From NCBI GenBank assembly GCA_964016885.1, contig OZ024745.1, positions 46,376,001-46,440,000 of the forward strand: a stretch of DNA of 64,000 nucleotides. Reading direction: 5' to 3'. The DNA comes from Eledone cirrhosa (lineage: Eukaryota). The translations under genes were made by a program, and so were the position numbers. Every line of letters starts with the position of its first letter. Position 1 is the stretch's first letter. The notes below the pieces were generated by a model, which was not told where the DNA came from, made no database searches, and saw only the letters and a list, made by a program, of their open reading frames with translations. Shown here piece after piece: positions 26,072-38,369 of this stretch.

Positions 26072-28009
26072 TCAGGAACTCTTCAATGCTTGTTCTAACC
26101 AATCAGCTTCCATAGCAGTTGAATCATCACTGTTGTTTCCTTCGTCTATCTGTAGTAAACGTTGGTAACGAACTGACTTTTCACGTGGCATGTACTTTTC
26201 AATGAAGAAGAATATAACACACCATATTAAACAAACTGCTGCAACTGCACGGAAAAGGACTGCAATTCCATAAGTACCCACAACATAACCAGATGCAATA
26301 CTTCCCGCAGAAAAACCAATTCCAAAATAAACAGATGACAAGATATTACGGATGGTGCGATCAACATCAGGGCTGATGTTAAATATTGGGTTGCTGAACA
26401 CAGCATACCACAGAGAGGTGTGTGTTAAAGCATGGAGTACTTCAAGAGGAAGAAAATACCACGGGGAATAGACAAAACTGTAAATAAAAACCCTTATACT
26501 ACAGAAAATCATTGAAAAACATGTCGTTCCTGCAGGGCCCAAATATCGTACCAGATAATCTCCATAGAGTAACACTGGTATTTCGGAGAAAGTATTCACT
26601 AGTATACATAAACCCATAATGGTTTCATTGCTTCCAATGTCTTCAAGGTACCAAAATAAGAAATTGCTTATGGTTGAATAAACAGCACCCATTACAAAAA
26701 CTGTAATCATGTACACAAATCCATTACAGCCAAAACATGTTACTTCAATTCCTTTCCTATGGCGCATTGCAGGAATACACTTTTCAAACGTTGGTGAAGG
26801 AAAGACAAAAGAAAAAAGCAGTGAAATGAACATAAATATAGCAAATGCAAAACAATGTATGAGAATATGGTTCATATGTAGAGGTAGTTGGCACTGAGTA
26901 TGGTCAACTAACATTCCAACTCCAGTTGGCACTATGAGGAAAGCTAAAGAACTCCAAATACGGTGTGAGCCATATTTTTCAAGTATATCTAAAGAATCTA
27001 GCAGATCATACCAACAGTCATCAGAAATTTTCTCAGCAGCAGAACCAAAGATTTCTCCAATTAATATTATTGTTAACAATACAAAAAACACTTGTGACTG
27101 TTCATGTGTTCTTACATCATCAACCCAGGACTTTAAGTTTTGCCACACCATTTGTAGATTCCAGGATTCATTTGTAGAATTCATAGTTGATGATGTTTCA
27201 TGCGGATTAGCTGTAACTTCTGGCTGAATATTTCGTTCCACCAATTTCCGTGAGATCTCACTTTCTTGCAAGGTTCTATAGAAGACATTCAGATTTTGTA
27301 GACTTTCAGTATTTACTGAAGCTAATTTGGGAGTGGGAGTTAATTCTTTACTAATTCTTCTACTCCAGTAATTTATTAAACTTCCATTATCAATCAGATG
27401 CTCAGTTGATTGAAAACTTGTATCTCCTAAAATATCTGATTTCTTTTCATTAGTTGTTTCTGAGACTTTTTCATTCGATGTTTTAGAATAAACAGGACTT
27501 GTTACTGATGTTGGGAAATATTCTGATATATTAAAAATAGGTTCTTGTGTATCACTATTATTCATATAATTACTTGGAAATTCTGTAATTGATGTAAAGT
27601 TTTCAGTTATATTTGAATGGGATTCTGAAACTGGTAACGTTGTATTAGAAGTCAGAATCTGCTGTTTAGCCTTTATTAAAAGACAGCTATCTTCTAGAAA
27701 TGTGTCTATAGATCCAGATACTAACCAAATAGAAAGGTTAGTAGCCATCATCATTATTATTGAGAAAACTAGGAAGAGTCGTCTTTTTTTTAATTTTATA
27801 GAATATTTTGTCCAGACTGGGACCCAGAAAAATGTTGAAAGCATTTTTGCAGCCATAAGATATCCAGTTTGAATAGCAGTGAGGCCAAGATGTCTGTAAA
27901 ATAATGTCAAAAAAGGAAACAGTGATGCCTTCGCTGCTGCAAAAAATAAATGGAAGACATTGAAAATAAATATAGCCCGTGGGAGGTTGACAGAGTTTGG
28001 ATTATTCAT
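26072..28009 (-). CDS. MFSD6L: Major facilitator superfamily domain-containing protein 6 / 6-like (645 aa, single coding exon)
   Basis: N-terminal FHLFFAAAKASLFPFLTLFYRHLGLTAIQTG, a long Ser/Thr/Asn-rich luminal loop, YGSHRIWSS, NFLFWYLEDIGSNETIMG, EIPVL, LEVLHALTH, YFGIGFSAGSIASG: the MFSD6-family architecture with about 12 hydrophobic segments. The MFSD6 vs MFSD6L assignment is uncertain. Confidence 0.88.
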   Translation of the reverse strand: MNNPNSVNLPRAIFIFNVFHLFFAAAKASLFPFLTLFYRHLGLTAIQTGYLMAAKMLSTFFWVPVWTKYSIKLKKRRLFLVFSIIMMMATNLSIWLVSGSIDTFLEDSCLLIKAKQQILTSNTTLPVSESHSNITENFTSITEFPSNYMNNSDTQEPIFNISEYFPTSVTSPVYSKTSNEKVSETTNEKKSDILGDTSFQSTEHLIDNGSLINYWSRRISKELTPTPKLASVNTESLQNLNVFYRTLQESEISRKLVERNIQPEVTANPHETSSTMNSTNESWNLQMVWQNLKSWVDDVRTHEQSQVFFVLLTIILIGEIFGSAAEKISDDCWYDLLDSLDILEKYGSHRIWSSLAFLIVPTGVGMLVDHTQCQLPLHMNHILIHCFAFAIFMFISLLFSFVFPSPTFEKCIPAMRHRKGIEVTCFGCNGFVYMITVFVMGAVYSTISNFLFWYLEDIGSNETIMGLCILVNTFSEIPVLLYGDYLVRYLGPAGTTCFSMIFCSIRVFIYSFVYSPWYFLPLEVLHALTHTSLWYAVFSNPIFNISPDVDRTIRNILSSVYFGIGFSAGSIASGYVVGTYGIAVLFRAVAAVCLIWCVIFFFIEKYMPREKSVRYQRLLQIDEGNNSDDSTAMEADWLEQALKSS

Positions 28010-28600
28010 AATTGGTGGAGCTAACAGTGCTCAGAAATGACTGGGATGATCAGGAAATCATGGTACTGAAGGTCAACTGGAACCACAAACAATTTGGATA
28101 TGAAAAAAGAAACAAAAGAAAAAAATCAGTAAGATGAATAGGAAATTGAAATAAATTGAAACAAAAACTGAATGGAGGTATATTTGTTATTAATATTTTT
28201 TATTGTTTAGTCAGGAAATTAAAGGCAATAACTATGACACCTTTCAGGGCCTCTAAGACTGGTGGGTGATAGGGAGGAAAGTATCCTCAACAATAGACCT
28301 ATCACAAATACTTGAAGGACAGTGGACGCCACTAAAGACACCCAAGGATACAGTGGTGGTGTTAAACAGAGTGATGGATTAAGTCTACCAACCAAGAATT
28401 ATTGTTGTGAAGTAGCTTCCTAGTCTAAGATGATCCTATGGTACAAAGCTGTAAGGTAGCTTTAGTATATTAGTTTCTATTGAACCATAGCAGTCAATCA
28501 GTTTTCTAGCAGTAGTTATTATATCATCTTTGTAGAATACAGTCTTAAAAAATTGAGCAGGCTGAGGGACTACATAATAACTCCTTCTCTAGCTCAATAA

Positions 28601-28828
28601 TCTCCTTATAATATATAACCAGCAATTTCTCTGTCTGTCTGTCCGACAGTGGAAACACGTGCGCGTGTGCGAATGTTTTTTGCGCACACGTAGAGAGAGA
28701 GTGAGAGTGAAAGAAAGAGACAGACTACGAGAGGGGGATAGAGAGAGGGAGAGAGAGAGAGAGAGTGAATAGACGCTAAAACACGTGCGCGCGTGCGAAT
28801 GTTTTTTGCACACGCGTAGAGAGAGAGT

Positions 28829-28830
<2 letters not shown>
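28601..28830 (+). mobile_element. Helitron/HINE-like 5' end with (CTGT)n and duplicated AAACACGTGCGCG.GTGCGAATGTTTTTTGC blocks
   Basis: A|TC start, TATAATATATAA, ATTTCTCTGTCTGTCTGTCC (also found at 31480-31510). Confidence 0.45.
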
Positions 28831-28865
<35 letters not shown>

Positions 28866-28880
28866 GGAAATATATATATA

Positions 28881-28924
<44 letters not shown>

Positions 28925-28971
28925 GTTTAGCGTTTAAGAGTTTAGCGTAATATATATATAGTTTAGCGTTT

Positions 28972-30415
28972 AAGAGTTTAGCGTAAAAGTTGGCGTCCAT
29001 CAGGGCTCTGTTCTCAGCCCCCTACTATTTATTATTGCCCTTCAGGCTATAACAGAGGAGTTCAAGACAGGCTGCCCATGGGAACTCCTATACGCAGACG
29101 ACCTGACACTCATAGCGGAATCAATGGCCGAGCTAGAGAAGAAATTCCAAACATGGAAGCACGGCCTAGAGTCAAAAGGACTTAAAATTAACCTGGCTAA
29201 GACCAAAGTTCTAGTTTGTAGGAAAGAAAACAAGGCGGCGGTCCCTTCTGGGAAATGGTCGTGCTCGGTATGTAGGAAAGGCGTAGGTAGAAACTCCATC
29301 TTATGTCCTAAATGCAAAGTATGGGTGCATAAAAGATGTAGTGGGATCACAGGTAAGCTAACTAAGAACATAGACTTTACATGTGGCCGGTGTTCTGGTG
29401 CAATAAGTAGCAGCAAGTGCCCACAAAATACTAGCTCTTTCAATTGCGCAGAGGGTTTTATAGAAATAGTGGACAGCTTCCGTTACCTGGGCGATAAAAT
29501 CAGCAGTGGGGGAGGGTGCTCTGAAAGTACTGTAGCTAGAGTCAGAACTGGTTGGAAAAAGTTCAGAGAGCTTATACCACTATTAGCTGCTAAAGGGTTC
29601 TCCCTAAAAATGAAAGGCAGGTTGTACGATGCCTGCATACGAACAGCAATGTTGCATGGTAGTGAGACCTGGGCATTGTGTGCAGAGGATATATGCAGAC
29701 TAGAGAGGAACGAAGCTTGCATGCTCCGCTGGATGTGTAACAGTAATATACGTGAACGGCAAAGCATAAACGAACTAAGGAAAAAATTAGAGATAAGAGG
29801 GATCAGATGTTGTTTACTCGAGAGAAGGCTGCGTTGGTATGGACACGTGATGCGCATGAAAGTCGATAGCTGTATTACAAAGTGCAGGGCAATAAAGATA
29901 GACGGTAGCCACGGAATAGGCAGACCTAGAAAAACATGGGATGAGCTGATAAACTCCGACCTCACACACTTACACCTCTCCAAGACTATGTCACTGGACC
30001 GTGACCTTTGGCGGTACTCAGTAACAGAGAAGACCCGCCTTGCCAGTAGGCATCTCTAACAAAATACACCCCTCCCGCCGCCACCCCCACCCCATCCACA
30101 CCACCCCGTTCTATGTAAAGTTATGTTGGTGCCGCGCCATCCAGGCCGAAACAAATGAGATCGTGTAGGTGTCACGACAAAAAAACACACAGTCCACACT
30201 GTAATGTGGCCGTGTAGGCAACACGGTAAAAACCTCCCAGACCCACACTGTAAATGTGGTTGGTGTTAGGAAGGGCATCCAACTGTAGAAAACCTGCCAG
30301 ACAGTCCTATGCGAGCAAGACAATCACTCTTGCCTCAAGTGGGACTACCCCCGTCCAAACCCATGCAAGCGTGGAACACGGACGTTAAACGTTGATGATG
30401 ATGATGATGATGATG

Positions 30416-30417
<2 letters not shown>
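28972..30417 (+). mobile_element. Young 5'-truncated RTE LINE with open RT C-terminal ORF and (GAT)n tail
   Basis: GVHQGSVLSPLLF, WELLYADDL, Cys-rich insert, FRYLGD, MLHGSETW, RRLRWYGHV; ORF 29124-30059. Confidence 0.93.
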
Positions 30418-30452
<35 letters not shown>

Positions 30453-30829
30453 AATATATATATATTTCTGTGTGAGTATATATATATATATATTACACAC
30501 ACACAGAAATGTATATATATTTCTGTGTGTATATATATATATATTACACACACAGAAATGTATATATATATACACACAGAAATATATATACATCCCTTAG
30601 CTACTGTACTGTATCTGTTGCTATCTCTCTCTCTCTCCAGCTATCCCTCTCTTTTAGTCTGTCTGTTTCTCTCACTCTCCCTCTTTCTCTTTGTAACTCA
30701 CTAACATTCCTCCCCTCTATCGCTGTGACAAATGGGGAGATGGAGGAGGAGGAGGAGAGAGTCACTTCGTCACTTCACCTCTGCCTTTCTTTCTCTCCCC
30801 TCTCACTCCCTCATTACGTACAGACATTA

Positions 30830-31023
30830 GCGCGGTGGATTGGCAGAATCTGTAGAGAGTCGGACACCATGCTTCATAGCATGGAGTTACGTCCCTTTAT
30901 GGTCTGAGTTCAAATACCGCCGAGGTTAACTTTGCCTTTCATCCTCACGGGGTCGATAAAATAAAGTACCAGTAATGTACTGAGTAATAGCTGGCCTTGT
31001 GCCAAAAGTAGAAACAATTATTA
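30830..31023 (+). mobile_element. tRNA-derived SINE family A copy
   Basis: Same A-box, B-box and core. Confidence 0.8.
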
Positions 31024-31139
31024 GAAACATTGCTTCATTTTTACATATCTAAGCATTAGTAAAATAACTAATAATTTCAAAAGTAATTTTTCAATTCCAA
31101 TTGTTATGAACAGCAAAACATTAATAATAATTTTGTTCT

Positions 31140-31269
31140 AAGAAATATATATACATTTCTGTGTGTGTAATATATATATATATATATACACACAGAAATA
31201 TATATACATTTCTGTGTGTGTAATATATATAAATATACACACAGAAATATATATACATTTCTGTGTGTG

Positions 31270-31348
<79 letters not shown>

Positions 31349-31423
31349 GAAATATATATACATTTCTGTGTGTGTAATATATATATATACACACACAGAA
31401 ATATATATAAATTTCTGTGTGTG

Positions 31424-31466
<43 letters not shown>

Positions 31467-31472
31467 GAAATA
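31140..31472. repeat. Tandem self-complementary units ACACACAGAAAT(AT)nACATTTCTGTGTGT (also at 28860-28900 and 30440-30592)
   Basis: Each unit is a small hairpin; units are separated by (TA)n. Confidence 0.9.
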
Positions 31473-32001
31473 TATGGCCATTTCTCTGTTTGTCTGTCTG
31501 TCCGTCCCTAAAACTCAAATGTAGGTGCTACAGAAATATTACCTTCCTCTTCCTTTCTCCACTTTGGTACTACCAAGAGAAACACTGTCGGCATAGAAAC
31601 ATTACCTTCCTCTCTCCACTAATTTTGGTCACCGAGGCTGAGGGAATCGCTGGTTGCTATAGAGACACCTTGCACAAGCCAGAAGTAACCAGTTCGAAGC
31701 GGTTCTGACCTGACACCATGCCAAGGACCATTTGAAGAAGGTTGCCATTGAATTTGTGGTTTGAAGAAGGTTGCCATTGAATTTGTGGTTGTTGCTGCTG
31801 ATAATAAGGACCATTTGAAGAAGGTTGCTGCTGATGAGGTAATTTATTAATCAGATTGCGCAGTTCCATAACCTCAGTCTGGAGCTGCGGGATTTGATTA
31901 ATACGTTTGATTTGTTCAATTTCTCATCCAAATCTCAACAATATCAGTATATACACTAGATTTGCTAGCAGAAAACCGCCCACCGGGTGGTTTTCTGCTA
32001 G

Positions 32002-32633
32002 TCTATATATATAAAACTGAGGATGTCTGTGTGTGTGTGTGTGTGAGGTTGAATCCCTAAAATTCGAGAAGTACCCAACCGATTTTTTTCAAACTTTACA
32101 TCTGTATTACTTATGTTTCAGTGAGTGTTATGCACATCAACTTTTTGATCTCCTAGAGCCCGCATTAGGTGAAAACCTGCGTTTATTCAGCTTTTTAGGG
32201 GGTTTTTGAGGCGTTACGTCAGACCGATTTCGTTGAAATTGTAACTATGTATTAGTCAGTCTCTTCTTCATACCGTGAGCAAAGATAATCAAATTTTTTT
32301 ATGGCCTAGAGCCTGCATTAGGTGAAAAACTTCATTTTTTCAGCTTTTTAGGGCTTTTTTGAGGCGTTACGTCTAGCCGATTTTCCTGAAATTTCAAGGC
32401 ATATTATGCACACAAAAAATTTCCTTTTCTTGATCCCCTAGAGTCCACATTAGGTGAAAACCTGCATTTTTCCTGCTTCATCGAGGAAAATCTTAAAGAT
32501 TATCCAGCCATCAGAGTATTCGGTTTATTTTCTTTACATATTTTCCAGGCATGCAGTTTTTCCACGATTAGGTCTGTTGGCGGCCCGCATTCCAAAATAC
32601 CTTATCCCGTGCAACGCCGAGTACCACTGCTAG
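32002..32633 (+). mobile_element. Non-autonomous Helitron
   Basis: 5' TCTATATATATAAAA followed by (TG)n; three internal CCTAGAG.C..CATTAGGTGAAAA repeats; 3' CCCGTGCAACGCCGAGTACCACTG-CTAG followed by T. Confidence 0.7.
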
Positions 32634-33176
32634 TTATTAACATTTATGGATTGAGATAGGGGTCAGTTTTGAATCTCACTTGGAGCAATTTCCTGTTCAC
32701 TGATATTGTAATGACTTTCAGAAAGATGTGGACATCACACATTACCAGTTCTTTCTCCAGAGTATTTTATGCTTCATGCCTATGTAAGAAAAAACTATTA
32801 GTAATTCAGATCCATATCTTCATTTGCATCCCTAATATTTGTTTTAAATGCTTGAACATCACAACATCTCATTGTCCATACCTGTGATATTGTGCTTGTT
32901 TGTATAAGTCAAATTAACTTTATTAATGTCTACTGAGAAGGCATACACTTATCATTCTCCTTTCTCATATATAGAAACTTTGTTTTTGGTCACAGAAATT
33001 ATAATTGTGCTATCTTCAATTAACTAGAACATAAAGGAAATCAATCGAAAATTTAGGAGTAGACACTGTTAATTACCATATGAATCTTGATCTTTGAAAA
33101 ATACTCCCCCATCAGTAAAATGAGGAAAAATAACAATGATGGTTTAATACCAGCTTGTAGTAAGAGTTGCTTCCCT

Positions 33177-33580
33177 TGTTGTGACGATCACATCACCAAT
33201 AGAGTAACGCTCTCTAGACAGGAAGTAGCTGGAGTTGCTTCCCGTTGGGGTGGCAGAGCCCTTTTTGTCACTTCCGTACCAGGACCTATAAAGGGAATAA
33301 CTTTCAGCTCTCAACCTCTCATTTTGCCTTTCGGCTCCTGGCCTTCTAACCTGCCTGGCCCTTCAGCCAGGCGCGTTTGTCTGGCAACCCTAACATGGCC
33401 TCTTGCAAGCTAACTTCAAAACGGTAACAAATAACTTTACTTCATTCTTTCATCTACTACTCATTGACATGTCAACTATACTGTTCTACATAACCTCAAC
33501 TTGCTAATTAATCTTTATACACACAACCGAGCATCTTTGTTATATTCATACACACCAGAACAATGTTATAAGCTATAACA
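33177..33580 (+). mobile_element. Possible solo LTR
   Basis: Starts TGT(TGT)GACG, GC-richer than its flanks, ETS-like motifs and CCTATAAAGGG, ends near ..TAACA; no clean TSD. Confidence 0.3.
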
Positions 33581-34299
33581 TGACCATATAATCCAGTTTA
33601 ACCTACCATTTATGTCACTGATAAGTAAACATTTTCACATAAATATTATGAGCTCTTCAATAAAAATAATATTAAGGTTAGCTACAACTACTGCAATAAT
33701 ATTGCAGTTAAAATATCCAACCACAACCAAAATCATATGACGGAATACACCTCACCCACCCCAAATTACCAGAATGCAAATTCAGTAATACTCTGTCTTG
33801 TGCTTTAACAGAAAATACCTTGTAAAGGTGCTGCAGTATAGAGCAAAGAAAACAACTGTGAATGGTACAGAGAGAAACTAGATTGACCTCTTGGAAAAGA
33901 CGAACAGACACAGCCCCCTCATTACATTATAAGGAGAGATAGAAATCAAACTTCAGCTTTCCATCTCAATACATCTGCAAATTAAAGAATATTTAATCTT
34001 TTCAAACCATGGTTATTTTTTTCTAACTGGTAGTACTAGCGCCTGATTGTGACTGAGGTCATATAAATACCAGGAAAAATATATATACTAAAATTTTGTG
34101 ATATAAAGTTGACATAACTCATTTGAAAAATCCATAGTAAAATTTCAGAAGCAGGTGTTTGCAACAGATGGTCACAGAAGAATATTATTGATTTCAAGTT
34201 ATCTACAAGTGTTCAACTATCAAATTCGGTAAACTCTTATTTTGTTACATCTTTTAACTCTCTCTTTGATCAATTCTGATCAATTTTCTAGGTGCCACG

Positions 34300-35130
34300 A
34301 GCTTTCTGCAAGCACAAAGTTCTCAGGGGATTAGATTGATGCCTTGCAAGTAGCCAACATTAGTGGCTTTCTCAGTCAGGATGAGCTCCGCATCTCCATT
34401 GCACTCCAAGTGGGAGTCAACGTCTGTGGGAGTCTGAGATGTTGCTGTGGTAGGTCCCTCAACTCCACAGATCTACATGGTTTGTCCTGCCACCTGAATG
34501 CTGGTCATTTCACCTACCTCACCAAGCTAAACTTGATCATCAAATGGGTCCTGGCTCGGGTAAATATCCCCTCAGTTTTGGAGCCGGTTGGATTATCCAG
34601 AAGTGATGGGAAGAGACCAGATGGCCTTACCCTTTGTCCCTGGGTAAGGGTTAGGTGTCGAGTCAGTGACTCTTTTGCTCCCTCCAACATCATGGATGAC
34701 ATGGTAAATGTGGGGGTCACTGCTTCCGTTGCTGAACGGAATATTATTTGTAAATACCTGGATTTATCTAGTAATTATTTTTTCCAGCCTGTGGCGTTGG
34801 AGACGTTCGGTGGAGTTAGGTTGCAGACAGCAAAGTTCTTGTCATTGCTGGCAGCTCACCTTACTGAGGTGTCAGGTGATGCTTGTGAGAGTGCCTGGTT
34901 GTTTCAGCACCTTGGCCTTGCCATCGCCCGTGGCAATGCTGTAAATGTATTAGCTTGCCTCAAAGTGTTTTGTTAACCCTTATGATGTGATGTGTGGCCA
35001 ATAATCACACTTGGTAGTGAATTGAAGGTTATTTTTGTTTTTTGTTGCCTTCTTTTTTTTTCTCTTTTGTGCATTTATATTTGTGTTTATCAACCACATT
35101 ATATGTGTAATGTTCTTCTGAATGAATTAT
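34300..35130 (+). mobile_element. CRE-clade non-LTR retrotransposon 3' end (zinc knuckle plus restriction-like endonuclease)
   Basis: C.CG...D.HGLSC, EPVGLSRSDGKRPDGLTLCPW, KYLDL..YFFQPVALETFG, LAIARGNA. Confidence 0.8.
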
Positions 35131-35436
35131 AGGCAATAATGTTATTTAAGCATTTAATTATATATAAAGGGCGGTGAATTGGCAGTATCGGTAGAGGGTC
35201 GGACACCATGCTTTTCAGCATAGTTACGTCCCTTTGTTCTGAGTTCAAATCCTGCCAAGATTAACTTTGCCTTTCATTCTTACGGGGTCGATAAATAAAG
35301 TACCAGTAATGCACTGTAATCTACATAGACCAAGTCAGTAGTCAGTACTGAAGTGGGGCTACTGACCTCCTGGGTGTTTTTTCTCATGTCACCAGCACAA
35401 CCACCTTACAGGATGGACTTTGTGCTTTTTTTTATC

Positions 35437-35470
<34 letters not shown>

Positions 35471-35484
35471 GATATATATATATA

Positions 35485-36254
35485 TTAGAAATAAGAGGGA
35501 TCAGATGTTGTTTACTCGAGAGAAGGCTACGTTGGTACGGTCACGTGATGCGCATGAAAGACGACAGCTGTATAACAAAGTGCAGGGCAATAAAGATAGA
35601 CGGTAGCCACGGAGTAGGCAGACCCAGAAAAACATGGGACGAGCTGATAAATTCCGACCTCACACGCTTACACCTCTCCAAGACAATGTCACTGGACCGA
35701 GACCTTTGGCGGTACTCAGTAATAGAGAAGACCCGCCTTACCTAAATACAAAGTAAAAACCTACTACAGTCAGTAGGCATCTCTATCAAAACACACCCCG
35801 TCCCACCACCTCCACCCCACCCACACCGCCCTTTTCAATGTAAAGTTATGTTGGTCCCACAACATCCAGGCCGAAACAAATGAGATCGTGTAGGTGTCAC
35901 GACAAAAAACACACAGTCCACGCTGTAAATGTGGCCGTGTAGGCAACACGGTAAAAACCTCCCAGCCCCACACTGTAAATGTGGTTGGTGTTAGGAAGGG
36001 CATCCAGCTGTAGAAAACCCGCCAGACAGTCCACGCTGTAATGTGGCCGTGTAGGCAACACGGTAAAAACCTCCCAGCCCCACACTGTAAATGTGGTTGG
36101 TGTTAGGAAGGGCATCCAACTGTAGAAAACCCGCCAGACAGTCCTATGCGAGCAAGACAACCACTCTTGCCTCAAGTGGGAAAACACCCGTCCAAACCCA
36201 TGCAAGCGTGGAACACGGACGCTAAACCTGATGATGATGATGATGATGATGATA
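35485..36254 (+). mobile_element. Short RTE LINE 3' end with an internal duplication of about 118 bp in the 3' UTR
   Basis: RRLRWYGHVMRM..GRPRKTW; ACAGTCCACGCTGTAA..GAAAACCCGCCAGACAGTCC occurs twice; (GAT)n tail. Confidence 0.88.
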
Positions 36255-36999
36255 TCCAATTCTTCTTAGAACAAAGATAAAGATATGCTAGAAAATTAAT
36301 CTTTTTTTTATCTCAATTGTTTGTTTACATCCCCCTATTCCCACTTATAACAATATGGCCATTCGCTGTACATATCTTACTCTATTTCCCTGTCTCTTCT
36401 TTCTTTCTCTCTCCCCATGCATTAGCATGACATAGATGTGTGTGAGTGTGTGTATGTGTTTTTGTAAACATATCCGCATTTGCATACAAAATGCATAATG
36501 TGTATGCGAGTTTATGTGAGCATGTGTGAATATGCATGTGTAAATTTTAAAGAGTTACATATATATATCATCATCATCGTTTTACGTCCCTTCTTCCACG
36601 CTAGCAGGGTTAGATGGATTGTCGTTGTGGGCAGTGTCCGGTCGGCTGACCTTGTCTTGCTCATATGGGAACTGATTCTGGCTTGATTTCTACAGCTGGA
36701 TGCCCTTCCTAACACCAACCTCATTTACAGTGAGTGCTGGGTGCTTTTTTTCCGTGGCGTCTACACGTCCACTTTTACAGTGTGGGCTGGGTGCTTTTTT
36801 GCCGTGGCACCTCCATGACCACTTTGCAGTGGAATGATAGGGACCCCAGTCCTATCATCTCATTTCTACAGCTGAGTAAACTGGAGCAATGTGAAATAAA
36901 GTATCTTGCTCAAGGAAACAACACATCACCTGGTTTGAGAATTGAACTCACAACCTTTCGATTGCAAGCCCAATGCTCTAACTACTAAGCCATATATAT

Positions 37000-37255
37000 A
37001 AATTAGGTAGTAATATGTGCTTACGCCGTATTTGACTAAATAGAATTAGTCTGTTAGTTGGGATTTTGTGTCTCCCTATTTATATACATGTGTAATGGTT
37101 ACACATTGGTCCAGCAAACAAAAGATGTGGGTTCATGTCCCATGTACATCAACACTCATCCTTTTTTCCATTCATAGGGTTTTTTTTAAAATCCCAACTA
37201 ACAGACTAATTCTATTTAATCAAATATAGCAAAAGCACATGTTACTACCTAATTT
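37000..37255. repeat. Inverted repeat (about 68-bp arms) enclosing a tRNA-like SINE head remnant
   Basis: AAATTAGGTAGTAA..AATAGAATTAGTCTGTTAGTTGGGATTTT / AAAATCCCAACTAACAGACTAATTCTATT..TTACTACCTAATTT. Confidence 0.8.
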
Positions 37256-37879
37256 TTAAATTCACTAGCCGTTGTAAACAAAGCCTGCTTTGTGTCTCCC
37301 TATTTATATGTATATATATTTATTAAAATAACAGATTAAATTTTAAGCAAAGAATCACTGCTTTCACCCTTAAAATTATTATTATTACTATATATATATA
37401 TATACAATACATGTGTTGTATTATTTTAGCTGATATGGTAACGAAAGGATTAACTGCTATGTGGAGGTCTATGAAAGTTATCATGTATTGATTTAGTGAA
37501 AGAAAAACAGATGTTTCACCTTTGATTGGCAGACAAACTTTCAACAAGAAATTGCTCAATAATTCTCTCTCTGGCTTTATATTTCTGTATGTGTGTTGTT
37601 TATTTGCCTCTCTATTGTTTTCTCTCTATTTCCTATCTCTTTCGTGACCATAATTCTAATTTTAATTGATTAATGAAGAAGTTTGAAGGATTTACTAAAA
37701 TTATCAATTATTTCATTACTAAGATAGTTACTTAATGTAAGGTTCTTATATAAAATTATGTTGGTAGATTTTAATTTAAATTGGAAATTTTTTAAATGGG
37801 TGGCTTTATTTCATAGAACCAGAACCAGTTTTGGCCAACATATCTTTTGAAGTGGCCAACCGAGATGATGAGGTCTGTG

Positions 37880-38170
37880 TCATAACTAAAGTTGTTTGTA
37901 AGAATTCTTCATAGAAACAGTCATTTTGTTCTTTACTTGTGGTGCATAAGTAGAAATAATTGTTGCAATTCTATTGCCTAGGACTATTCTGAGCTTGATA
38001 ATTCTATCCTTTATTCCAACTACGTTATCTATCCACAGCTCAACTAGTAGAATGCCTACTCCAACTATCCCGTCATTATTACCCACCCAGAAAAGCTTAT
38101 ATCTACATTCTTTGCTGAGGTACCACTCCATTTCACTTCTTGAACACAGCATACATCCACTCATACCTTC
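37880..38170 (-). mobile_element. RTE endonuclease N-terminal fragment
   Basis: YKLFWVGNNDGIVGVGILL..DRIIKLRIVLG..IISTYAPQV. Confidence 0.7.
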
Positions 38171-38369
38171 TCAAGTAACTCTACATTTTCTCCAAATCTA
38201 CATTTCAGTGTGTCCACATTGAGTGTGGCAGCCCTGAAATGTATTTACTTGATAGGATTGGATTGCCTTCTGGAAGGGAAAAAGGATTTGTGATTTCTAT
38301 GGCTAGGTGCCCTTCCTAATGCCAACCACATTTACAGTGTGTACTGGGTGCTTTTTATCGTGACAGCTA

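Noticed and set aside
29042-29983. Antisense ORFs over RTE copies (also 16590-17123, 40779-42152, 59597-60253, 61431-61832)
   Set aside because: Shadow frames of the RT coding strand.
33700-34010. Possible degenerate GIY-YIG/Penelope coding remnant
   Set aside because: Only a vague resemblance with several stops; it needs a profile search.
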